Shown here: piece after piece, positions 26,223 through 42,144 of the stretch
How positions within the stretch are numbered: the first letter of the stretch is position 1
How the letters are laid out: each line of letters starts with the position of its first letter
Assembly: GCF_009914755.1 (NCBI RefSeq)
Contig: NC_060943.1
DNA length: 64,000 nt
Reading direction: 5' to 3' (one strand)
From: the human T2T-CHM13v2.0 reference genome, Homo sapiens
Program-made: the position numbers and the translations under genes
The notes under the pieces: model-generated
What the model saw: the letters and a program-made list of their open reading frames with translations, nothing else
Told to the model about the DNA's origin: nothing
The model's database searches: none

Positions 26223-28289
26223 GAACACGGTCTTTTTGTCAGCTCCCATCAACCATCCTCTGCTGGTGGGCTTTTCAGCCTCAGGTTTGTTGTCCCGTGG
26301 TTGCAAAATGGCTGCCACAGCTCTAGTCATCTCAACTGTATTCAAAACTGGAAGCAGGAGCAAAAGACTGTCTTTCTGGAGAAACTCTGTCTTTGTATTC
26401 TGGAAGGAAAACTTTCCCTGAAAGTCTCACTGAGCAGAACCTGTCTGTACACTTCAGTTTTTACTATTTGCACAACTGTGGTTACTCTAACTGCAAGAAA
26501 GGCTGGGAAAGTGAGTGTCTGATAAAGGAGATAGGAATGCCTCTGGCTTAGTTCAATTATTTTAAGGCTATTTTGACCACAACTCACAGTCCAAAATATG
26601 TTTCTTTGTGTCGCAGTACACACACACACACACACACACATTATTGAAACCAATTTCTCAAATACTCACTCTTACCATGTATGATACACGTTAATGTCTT
26701 CCATTCCATTCCATTCCATGCATTTTAATTATTTAAAGCAGTTCCTGGTCACAACCTGCTAATTTGATTTCACAACCTTCAAAGGCATGACCCATAGTTT
26801 GAGAAAGACTGGCCTAGAACAGTCTTTGTTTACATCTTAGCGTTGGCAAGTGTTAACCCTGCACAGAGTCAGGCTTCTGCGAGCGGAGGAGGAGAGGTGG
26901 GGAAATGGTGTTTTGAAAAGCAACAGATAGACTTTGCCACATCATTTGCACTTCTTATCAGCAAATGATATCGTTCTGGAGACTTTGTATTACTGGCAGG
27001 CAACCTGAGGTTACTCCAATTTATATTGGGAAATTAAAATTCGCCTGTTTGTGGAGCTTAGCTGGCCCTTTTAATTCCGTATCCTGCTAGCAGCCTGGCT
27101 TCTGCACAGCTCCTGATGACAGCGCAAAACTCCGATTGCATTACAAGTGGAGGAGGAATTCACACAATTTTCTGGAAGGACACTGTGTCATTGTTGCGTC
27201 ATGGCTGTTCTCTGGAGCTGGTTGTGGTTTTCAGGCCCGGCCTTTCCTGCTTTTTATAGTGTGGTGGTGAAGAGTGAGGTCTTCAGAATCACAGGGTCTG
27301 AGTTCAAATTCTGGTCCCATGGTGCGATCTGGGGCAAGTGTCCTGACCACCTCCGAGTCTCCTTTTCCTGTAAGATGTGCATCAGCAGTGCTTCCGTGGG
27401 GATGGGGAGGGATCGGTGGGTATGGAGTAAGCACAGGGGCTGGTACCCGGAAGCACTCAGGCAATGCGGGCTCTTCAGGGTGTGCCAGGCAGCTTCGGCT
27501 GTGTGATGCCACAGTGACGAGTGGGCCCGGGTCGCAGTGGTCCGTGGTGGCAGAGGCTGGCTTCTCGCTCGTGTGTGTGCCCGTGGGGGGTTGGCTGTGG
27601 CTCTGGCCACATGTCCGCCCTGTTCTGGAACTCAGGGGAACTATGTGATGGCTCTTGAAGCTTCTGCTCTGAACAGACACAGTGCGCCCACTCCATCTCA
27701 TGGAAGGAGAATCTTTCCGTAGGAGCAGGCCCACTGGGTGGGGGGCAGCGGACAGATGGTTAAAAAGCCAGTGTGCCACACCAGGGCTTGTCTCCAGGGT
27801 GCTGGTGACAATTTTGGGTCCGCAACCCTGCATACTAGTTTTCAACCCCCACCCCCCCGCCCCCCCACTCTGCAACCTCAGTCACTGTTTCAAAAGTTTC
27901 TGAGTGTGGGGGGTAGGGGAGAGGTCTCCAGCACCCTCCCTGGCTGAGAACCACCAGCTGTGCTCCCCAAGCCAGGGATGGGGTCTGCCTCTGCCCTTTT
28001 GCTGTCCTCAGCACCCCCCACCAGACACACAGTAGGTGCCTACTAAATGTACATTTCAGCAGGTTGCCTCTTGAATAAATGAAAGGATTTGTTTAATTTC
28101 CTCTGCAAATTCATTCATTCATCCCACAGATATTTATTGAGCTCCTACTGTATGCCACATAATGTGCCAGCCCCAGGGATCTTGCAGAGGACAAAACAAG
28201 CAAAAGTTCCTGTCCTGGGGGACATTTCGGTAGAGGAGACACACAGTAAACAACCAAACCATCAGACGGATATATGATATTTGATGTTA

Positions 28290-33075
<4,786 letters not shown>

Positions 33076-33266
33076 CATTTTGTGTGATTCTAAATTTTTT
33101 AAACTTCCCTTGAATGTTGCCTTTTCAGCCTCCCGTCTCTCTTCCATCCCCCTCCTTTGTCCATCCCTCTCCCACCTACATCCCATAGCTCTGTCCGTCT
33201 CTGACCACGTCTTTTTCCTTTTCGCTGACTTTCTCACTCACTGTCTGTCTCTCATTTTCTCCACAG

Positions 33267-33368
33267 CTGGCCCCCAAGAGGACCCTTTCCAAGTCCCCAG
33301 CTGGGGGCCCTGTGTAGACCTGGAGTGGACACGCCCCTCCTTCCCTTCATGATTCGTTTGTAGCGCAG
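33267..33368 (+). other. BICRA: BICRA non-coding 5'UTR exon (exon 2)
   Basis: Long polypyrimidine tract ending ctccacAG (33266) and donor CAG|gtaacc (33369); 102 nt of unique sequence. Splices to TGGCG-ATG of the next exon. Confidence 0.8.
33349..33363 (+). promoter_or_regulatory. Upstream ORF (MIRL*) in BICRA 5'UTR
   Basis: ATG ATT CGT TTG TAG is the only ATG in the 102-nt exon; it stops 10 nt before the main ATG in spliced mRNA. Confidence 0.6.
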
Positions 33369-34436
33369 GTAACCAGCGAAGCATCCCTGTTCATTCCTGG
33401 AGGGGCAACCGTCCCTCATTCCACCTCCCCAGCACCACCTTGGCCCCTGGATGAGGAAGGAGCATTCCTTCCTGGAAGAGCCTGGCTAAGCAATATCTCT
33501 GGTTCTTTCTTCTCCCACCTGGGCCTCCTGGGTCATCTGGGCCATCACCCTGCCTCTGCATTAGCTGCAAGCAAAATCTTTCTCTCTGCCCCTTTCCCCT
33601 TTTCTCCAGATTCTTTGCAGACCATGCCTTTGCATGCCTTCTGTGAGCGGGTTGGGGAGGGAAGGGGCTCATAGGTCATGGACCTGGTGACACAGGGGGA
33701 GGAAGCCTGGTGGGGCTGGGATGTGGAGCAGGTGGTGAGAGTACGTCCTCACCACTTCTAAGGCAGCGAGAGCCCGGGAGGCACCTCCCCGGGGACACTC
33801 CCCACAGCCAGCCCCTGAGAGGTAGAGTAATTGGCGTGTGGGGCTCTGGAGATGCATGTGTCTCTGTGCTGCAGGGAGGGTGATCCGTGAACCCTGGAAA
33901 AGTATGTGTCACATTTCTTACCCACATGCATGTTTTGGCATGAAACATGCGTGTGTCATTAGATTTTTCACAACTTGATTCAGCAAATATGCCCCAGCCC
34001 ACTGTGGGGGGTCCCTGGTCAGGGCTCTTCATAATGTCACTGAGCACTGGGGATGGAGGACTTGGGGGTGGCACTAAGGAGGCCCCTGTTAGGGGAGTTC
34101 AGAGTATGCTGTCAGGGTGAGGGGCTGTGAACCAGCTGAGGGTGCATGTAAGATTTTATATGTGGGGTTTTTGGGTGGGAATGGTGACCCGTGGCAGTTG
34201 TCACATCGTCAGTGAGGTTTGGGACCCCCTACCCCAACAAAAAAAGAGGGTAAGGGAACTCCACGGTCCTGAGCTGTAAATTCCCACCATTCAGGGATCA
34301 GGTCTTCTTTTCCATTGTGTATTGTATGTGTCATTGGGAGGAGACGGGAGCAGAGGGTGCAGGAAGTAATGAAGGGATGAGTGGCTGGAAGGATGGGTCT
34401 GTGTGGGTATTTGGCAGAAGGGAAGGAGGGGTGTTT

Positions 34437-35283
34437 GGATGGAAGCTTGGAAGGATAGAGGGATGGGTAGGTAGATGGATGGAAGGATGGAGGGATGGGT
34501 AGGTAGACGGGTAGAAGGATGGAGGGATGGGTGGGTAGATGGGTAGAAGGATGGAGGGGATGGGTAGGTAGATGGATGGAAGGATGGAGGGATGGGCAAG
34601 TAGATGGAAGGATGGAGGGATGGGTAGCTAGATGGATGGAGGGATGAATAGGTGGATGGATGGAAGGATGGGAGGGATGGGTAGGTAGATGAGTGGAAGG
34701 ATGGAGGGATGGGTAGGTAGATGGATGGAGAGATGGGTAAGTAGATGGGTGGAAGGATGGAGGGATGGGTGGGTAGATGGATGGAAGGATGGAGGGGTGG
34801 GTGGGTAGATGGGTAGAAAGATGGAGGGATTGGTAGGTAGATGTATGGAAGGATGGAGGGATGGGTGGGTAGATGGATGGAAGGATGGAGGGATGGGTGG
34901 ATGGATGGAGGGATCGGTAGGTAGATGGATGGAAGGATGGAGGATGGGTAGGTAGATGGATGGAAGGATGGAGCATGGGTAGGTAGATGGATGGAAGGAT
35001 GGAGGATGGGTAGGTAGATGGATGGAAGGATGGAGGATGGGTAAGTAGATGGGTGGAAGGATGGAGGGATGGGTGGGTAGATGGATGGAAGGATGGAGGG
35101 ATGGGTAAGTAGATGGATAGATGAAGGATGGGTAGGTAGATGGATGGAAGGATGGAGGATGGGTAGGTAGATGGATGGAAGGATGGAGGATGGGTAGGTA
35201 GATGGATGGAAGGATGGAGGATGGGTAAGTAGATGGGTGGAAGGATGGAGGGATGGGTAGGTAGGTGGATGGAAAGATGGAGG
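34437..35283. repeat. G/A-rich minisatellite, 31-32-bp unit GGATGGAAGGATGGAG(G)GATGGGTAGGTAGAT
   Basis: About 26-27 imperfect tandem units read directly; almost no C on the + strand. Confidence 0.9.
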
Positions 35284-36398
35284 GAGGAGGAGACTGATGG
35301 CTAGAGGGAGGAAAGAGGAAGCTTTGGAGGGAGGGTTGGCTAGTTAAATGTTTCTGAGGGCTGGTTGGATGTTTGGAGAAATGTTTGGAAAGATAAAGAA
35401 GTGGATGGATGGATGGATGGATGGAGGCAGGGAAGGGAGGGATGTTTTGGAGGGTTGGAGGAATATTTGGAGGGGTGTTTGAGGGGAGGGAAGGCTAGAT
35501 GGATGGGAGGGTGGATGGGTAAATAAATACAGAGAACACCTGCTTCCCCTGGTGTCAGATGGGACTAACGATCCCTTCCCTATGGGGGTGGAACAAGCTA
35601 ACATTGCTGAAGTGCTCAGACAGTGCCTGGCACCTAGTGAGCACTCGACAAATGTTAGCCATCCTCATCCTCATCATTCAGACCATAGGGCTCAGCCTTG
35701 CCCCGGTGGCTTCTCTGACTCAGAGCGCCCCTCCTCATGAGCCCCTCTCCCTTGCTTCTGCCTCAGTTTCCCCACCACCCTCCCCTTCCTTGGGAACACA
35801 TTGCAGACATCTTCAAGGGTCACCCAGAGCCTTGAGCCACAAAGCCCTTCTTGTCTACACTGGCTCCCTCACTCCTTCACCCGTTTATATGTAGGACAGA
35901 CCCCCACCACACGCCTCATGTCTGGGGAGGCAGGACAGCAGGGTGGTGAAGAGCAGGGCTCAGGAGCCAGGCTTCCTAGGTTCCAGGCCTGGCTCTGCTG
36001 CCTGCTTGCTGGGAGACGGAGGATGACCCTCCCGGTGCCTCCAGTTCTCATCTGCAAAGTACAGGCCGTGGGACCCCTCCTGGGATACCCTGAGGATTAG
36101 CTTAGTGTGTGTGAGGCATGGTCAGGACTCACTTAGTCTTGGTTGATATCATCATTATCATCATCAGGTGCTGGGAGAGTTGGAGTGGGAGGAAAAGGAC
36201 CCTGTCCCTGGTCAGGGGTTTCTGGCTGGGAGGGCACCTGGGAGGTATTCCTTGTCCCCATCTATCCCCATGGACTCAAGGGAACAGAAACTCTGACCCC
36301 CTCCAGGGGGCTCCCCTGAAGGGAGGGGGCCAGGCAAGCTGCCAAAATCTAACCTTGTCTCCCTCGCCCTCTTCCTGACCCCACCCCATCCAGTGGCG

Positions 36399-36439
36399 AT
36401 GGATGATGAGGATGGGAGATGCTTACTAGACGTGATTTG
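36399..36439 (+). CDS. BICRA: BICRA first coding exon (exon 3; exon begins 36394), MDDEDGRCLLDVI(C)
   Basis: Acceptor atccAG at 36393; strong Kozak gcgATGg; donor TG|gtgagt. Peptide matches the GLTSCR1/BICRA N-terminus. Confidence 0.95.
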
Positions 36440-36543
36440 GTGAGTAACGGGCTCCCCACCCCCTGCCCTCTGTCTCAACCCCCTCCCTTCCCTCCCCTCC
36501 CCAGCTCCTTACCTCCTCAGCGTCTCTTCCTCTTCTCTTCCAG

Positions 36544-36586
36544 TGACCCACAGGCCCTCAATGACTTCTTGCATGGATCCGAGAAG
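36544..36586 (+). CDS. BICRA: BICRA exon 4, (C)DPQALNDFLHGSEK
   Basis: ttccAG acceptor, AAG|gtaagc donor; phase fits exon 3. DPQALNxFLHG motif is shared with BICRAL. Confidence 0.95.
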
Positions 36587-37297
36587 GTAAGCATGGGCGC
36601 AGGGAGAGGCATTCCCTGAGTGGGGGGCTGTCTAATTGGGAGTGAGGGACAGGGAGAGACATGTCCCTTTGATGAGGTAGCCATCTGCCTTGTGGCTTCT
36701 AACGCCAGGCACTGGAGTTACGGCCATGAGCAAAACTCATGGTAATCCCCTGTCCTCCTTCCATGGACACCTCCTTGGGAAACAAAGAAACCAGTCACTA
36801 ATAAAGGTAATGGTGAAAAGGACCATGTAGAGTATGATAAAAAATAATAATGTCATTTGCACAATGAAAGAGGTTTAAAAGAAAATAAATGGGTCCCAGG
36901 GGCTCCTTTAGATAGTGTGATCAGAAAGGGTCACACGAGGGAGGTAACATTGAAGGTGAGACCTGAAGGATCACAGGGAGGTAGGTGGCCAGGCCCGGTG
37001 CTCCTGGCAGAGGGAAGAGCAAGTTCAAAGGTGGGAGAGAGCTTGGCATGGTTGAGGAACAGGAAGGAGGCTGATGGGGCCAAACTGAAGGGAAAACTAG
37101 TAGGAGGTGAGACTGTAGTAGGTAAAAGTCACCAGGTTGTGTAGGCCTGGAAGCCCGATAGAGGAGTTGTTATTTTTATTCTGAATGTGACAGGCAGCTC
37201 TGATGGGCCCTTAAACACGAGAATGCCATATTTGATTTGCTTCCCAGAGAACGGAACAAAATGGGGAAAAGTAGAAGTCTGTTGAGCTCTGAGCAGC

Positions 37298-37790
37298 TGT
37301 ATTAGTATCTATGGCTGTGTAGATTATCCCAGCATGCAGTGCCTTCAACAATTGTTAGAGCTCTTGCAGTGTCTGAAGGTCAGGAATCTGGGAGCAGCTT
37401 AGCTCGGTGGTTCAGGCTCAGGGACTCTCATGAGGTTGCAGTCAAGCTGTAGGCTGGGGCTGCAGTCATCCAAAGGTTTGACTGGGGCTGGCAGATGTGC
37501 TTCCACCAGGACTCATTCCTGTGGCTGTTGGCAGGAGGCCTCAGTTCCTCACCACGGGGGCCTCTCCTTAGTGCTGCTTGAGTGTCTTCACAGCATGGCA
37601 GCTGGCTTCCCCCAGAACGAGTGATCCGAGAGAGGACACAGGAGGAACCCGCAGTGCCCTTAATGACCCAGTCTCCAAAGTCCCACACCCTTCCTCCCAT
37701 CACACTGTATTCACTAGAAGCTAATCAGTCAGTCTGGCCAGCACTCAGAGGGAGGGGAATTGAGCTCCACCTCTTGAAAGGAGAGGTTTC
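37298..37790. mobile_element. MLT1-type LTR; a related copy lies at about 53781-54250
   Basis: tgtattagtatctat...caggaatctgggagcagcttagct...catgaggttgcagtcaag shared with 53781-54250. Confidence 0.65.
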
Positions 37791-38674
37791 AAATAATTTA
37801 TAGAGCAGAGGCATGAGCAATGGGATGATGGCAGCCTGGGCCATGGTGCAGGCAGTGGGGGAGGCATGTGGCACTGGATTTGGGATCTATCTGGGAGGTG
37901 GCATCAACTAGACTTGCTGGTGGACTCGATGTTGAGGGGGAGAGAGTGTCCACCATGGCTCCTGGATTTTGGCTTGAGCAACTGAGTGGATTCTGGTGCC
38001 ATTTTCTGAAGTTGGGAATTTGGGGAAGATTCCAGAAGTCCAGGTGGTGCTGGTGGATGTACAAGTTGGGGTTCTGGAGAGATGTCCAGATGGAACAAGA
38101 AATTAGGGAAGCCCGAGCCATGGACATACATTCACTGGGCACATATGTGGATGCCAGGGCCTGTTCTGGGCACTAAGGATGGTGCTAAGCATCTGAGAAT
38201 GCCCTGCCCTTCCAGAGATGGCACCGCATGGCTTGTCAGGTGCCCGGATGGTAGGTGTGCCAGGCACTCAGGCTGCGTTGGGAAAGGAGTACTTAGTGAG
38301 AAGGGACAGGAGCTGTTGGACCACGAGTGACCACTCCTGAAGGCTGTGCTACTGGAGAGACTGGGGGGCAGTGGCAGGGCGCAGCTTGGGCAGAGGCGTG
38401 AAGGCAGGATTCCGGAATTCGAGGCAGTCACAGCAGGATCGCTTCGCAGGCCAGGCTCGGGGACTCAGTGCTGGGGATGCCTTGGGTTTTAGGCAGGCAC
38501 CCAAGCCCCTGCCTTTGGGGCCTCTTTTCGGAGGCGAGAGTTTCCCATACCCCCAGCCCTCTCCCATCCCAACCCTTGTCTTTTTGTCCTGAGTGACCCT
38601 AAATTGGTTTCTGCTCCAGAGCATGGGCCTGCCCTGCTGACTTTTGACCTTGGATGGGGCGGGTCTTGTTGCAG

Positions 38675-38740
38675 CTTGACAGTGATGACCTCCTGGATAA
38701 TCCCGGGGAGGCCCAAAGTGCCTTCTATGAAGGTCCTGGG
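38675..38740 (+). CDS. BICRA: BICRA exon 5, LDSDDLLDNPGEAQSAFYEGPG
   Basis: ttgcAG acceptor, GGG|gtaagt donor; 66 nt, phase 0; peptide visible in ORF 38654..38848. Confidence 0.95.
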
Positions 38741-40624
38741 GTAAGTGCCGTGGCTCCCGATCATTGCCTGAGCTGTTGGGGCTGCCAGCGGGAGGAGGGC
38801 CCTGAAGCCAAGAGGGGAGGCTTGGGCTCATCTCGTGAGGGCTGTTGACAGGAGGAGGGCGGGGGTGGGCCACCCAGGGTGGCTGGACCACCCTGGCAGT
38901 GCAGGAGGGAGCAGAGCTGGGGAACCCTGTGGGGGGCCAACATGGACAAGGCTGACTGTGCCTTGCAGACCCCTTGGGGAAGAGGTGAGGGTCCCCGAGG
39001 CCTTGGGGCCCTGGGGTGGCTCATGCAGAGTGGTTCTGGGGAGCTGAAGCGGATGTGGGTTGTGGGGTTCACAGGGGCACTCCTGGAGAGCAGAGGGCTG
39101 GGGGAGGCCTGGGGTCCTGCCCAACTCAGCCATGGCAGGGTGTGACCTAGGGGAGGGGCCTCCTCACCTGCAGACTTCAGTCTTCACCTGGGCAGTGAAT
39201 ATGGGTGCTGAGAAAAGCCCAGAGTGGCCAATGCAGAGGATGTTTATTGAGCACCTACTGTGTGCCTGACTATGCCGGTCCCATGACTAAGTGCCAGTTG
39301 TCCACACCACGGTGGCCACCTCCTTCCTCCTTCTCCCTCTTCTGTTGCTGCTTTCCCCCCTTCACCTTTTCCTCCCCCCACCTTCCTTCGGCCTCCCCCC
39401 TCCCCGCCTCCCCTTCCTCCTTCCCCCCCTCACCCTCCCCGCCTTCCCTCTTCATCATCAGAACACGCATTCACCAAACACTTATTATACGACCAGCCCT
39501 TCCTTGTTATCTTCATTTAGTTCTCACAGCTATAATATCATATTCCAAATAGCTTATCTTTCATAATATAAATGATGAGGAAATGTAGTAATTATATAAT
39601 GTTGGTCTATTTACAGGCCCAGTAACAGTGGTGATCCTGTTACTATTTTGTGATCACACTTCTTACCACGACCATCATTTTTGTATACCCTAAGATCCCC
39701 ATTCAGGTTCTAAACACTCTCCACACGTGACATCAGTGAATTTTCACAGGCATCCCAGGAGGCAGGTTGGTTGTGACCATCTGGCAGTTAAGAGCTCAGG
39801 GGGTTACAGTGGCCTGCCTGGTCCTCAGTCGGTTGGAGGCTGAGCCAGAGCCCTGTCTGCCTGCCACTCCCCGCCACTCACCAGTGGTTGACCCAGGCAG
39901 TTCCCTCGTCTGTGAAATGAGGAAGGGAGCAGCACCCGCCTCATGGGACTGTCACCAACAACAGCATGGAGAATCACAATAATAATGAGTGATGATGATA
40001 GATGCTTCTCGAGCACCTGCCAGGGGCCGGGTGATACCGTGAACCCTCCATGTGGATTTACTGAGAATCCTGGAAGCTGCAGATTTTGATGGGTTATCTG
40101 GTCAGTATTGGTGGAGATGGAAATCTGTATCATAAGTATTGTTTGTGGGGCTTTCCACACATATGCCTGCAGATATTTTTCCATGCGTGTCCTGGGTTGC
40201 AGTCCAGGATAGCATGAAAAGCACTTAAAAAGCATTGAGGCTGGGCACGGTGGCTCACGCCTGTAATCCCAGCACTTTGGGAGGCCGAGGTGGGCGGATC
40301 ACCTGAGGTCGGGAGTTCGAGACCAGCCTGACCAACATGGAGAAACCCTGTCTCTACCAAAAATACAAAATTAGCCGGGCATGGTGGCACACGCCTGTAA
40401 TCCCGGCTGCTTGGGAGGCTAAGGCAGGAGAATTGCTTGAACTCGTGGGCGGAGATTGTGGTGAGCCAGGATCACACCATTGCACTCCAGCCTGGGCAAC
40501 AAGAGTGGAAACTCCGTCTCAAAAAAAACCCAAAGAAACAAAAAGCATTGAACTCACAGTGCGGTTGGCACAGAAGTTCACAAATGGGAGCCACTGCTGA
40601 TGTGAGCTTTACTCCACCAGAACT

Positions 40625-40900
40625 ACGACTGCTTGTCAGAAACCTTTAGGGCCAGGTGTGTTTCAGAATTTCGAATTTCTCCAATTCTGGAAAAGTGGTG
40701 CCATATGTGTGGTGTGTGTCATGTCACACGCTTGCCTTTCGGCGGCCAAACTTGGGATGTCACATCATGTGGATAAATGGATCCCACCTAAAGTGCCATG
40801 TTGGTTCTGGTCAGGTTTTGCTGCCAACAGAGCTATGAAAACAGTCTCAGTTCTTAGAGCTTTTTGGGTTTTGTAATTACAGATAAGTGTTGTGGGCCTA
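40625..40900 (+). mobile_element. Old Tigger-type (MER46C-like) element; a related copy lies at about 63065-63680
   Basis: gggccaggtgtgtttcagaattt...ggtcaggttttgctgccaa...gataagtgttgtgggcct; resembles recalled consensus and the second copy. Confidence 0.5.
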
Positions 40901-40913
40901 TATCACTATTTAA

Positions 40914-41234
<321 letters not shown>

Positions 41235-41253
41235 TAGACTTTATTTTTGTTTT

Positions 41254-41414
41254 TTGGGCGTCAGCTGGTAGAGATTGGGGGACAGCACCCCCGCGGGCTT
41301 GGGCTGGATGGGCATGGGCGTGCGATGCAGGATCACGTTGGGCGCCGGGACCAGTGGTGACAAGCTGAGGCCTGGGGCCACCACCAGCGGCTTTCCTGAG
41401 GGTGCCCCGCTGGG
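41254..41414 (-). pseudogene. Inverted partial duplicate of BICRA exon 6 (copy of 42940-43100)
   Basis: Manual alignment gives 161 bp, 14 mismatches, no gaps. ORF 41241..41429(-) translates to [54 protein letters not shown]. Confidence 0.95.
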
Positions 41415-42144
41415 TCTTACTCTTGTCACTTAGGCTGGAGTACAGTGACACAATCATAGCTCACCGTAGCCTGGAACTCCTGGGCTTAAGAGATCCTCTC
41501 ACCTCAGGCTCCCAAAGTGCTAAGATTACAGGCGTGAGTCACTGTGGCCTTGAACAGTAGTTTTTTTTATTACATTTTACTGATGGGTACAGATGAAGAA
41601 ACTGAGGTCAGATCAAGCACGCCCTAGGTTACACAGCTAAGCCTTGGCAGAGCTGGGATTTGATCCCGGGTCCAGCCACTTGCAGGTGGAATGTTCTTTT
41701 TTCTTTTTTTTTTCTTTTTTTCTTCTTTTTTTTTTTTTCTTCTCAAAGTCTTGCCCTGTCACCGAGGCTGGAGTGTAGTGAAGTGCTCGTAGCTCCACTC
41801 TGCAGCCTCAAACTCCTGGGCTCCAGTGATCCTCTCACCTCAGCCTCCCAAGTAGCTAAGACCACAGGCACATGCTGCCACCCCTGACTAATTTTTCTTT
41901 TTTAAAATTTTTTTCTCACTGCGTTGCCCAGGCTGGTCTCAAACTCTTTGGCTCAAGCCATCCATCCTCCTACCTCAGCCTCCCAAAGTGCTGAGATTAC
42001 AAGCGTGAACCACCATGCCAGGAGGGAATGTTCTTTCTTGAACGTGGCTGCCCTGTCACCTCAGCATTCTTTGCGGCAGCTGTGGCCTAAGCGTAGCCCC
42101 TTGCTAACCTCAGCTCTTTCCTTCCCACCTTTCCCGGCCTGCAG

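Noticed and set aside
34209-34976. 255-aa HPS-rich ORF on the minus strand
   Set aside because: Translation of the GGAT-based minisatellite.
41241-41429. 62-aa minus-strand ORF resembling BICRA, taken as an expressed peptide
   Set aside because: Starts at a non-ATG codon within an Alu; 9 of 54 codons are altered with CpG-decay bias, consistent with neutral decay. Reported as a DNA/RNA structural feature instead.
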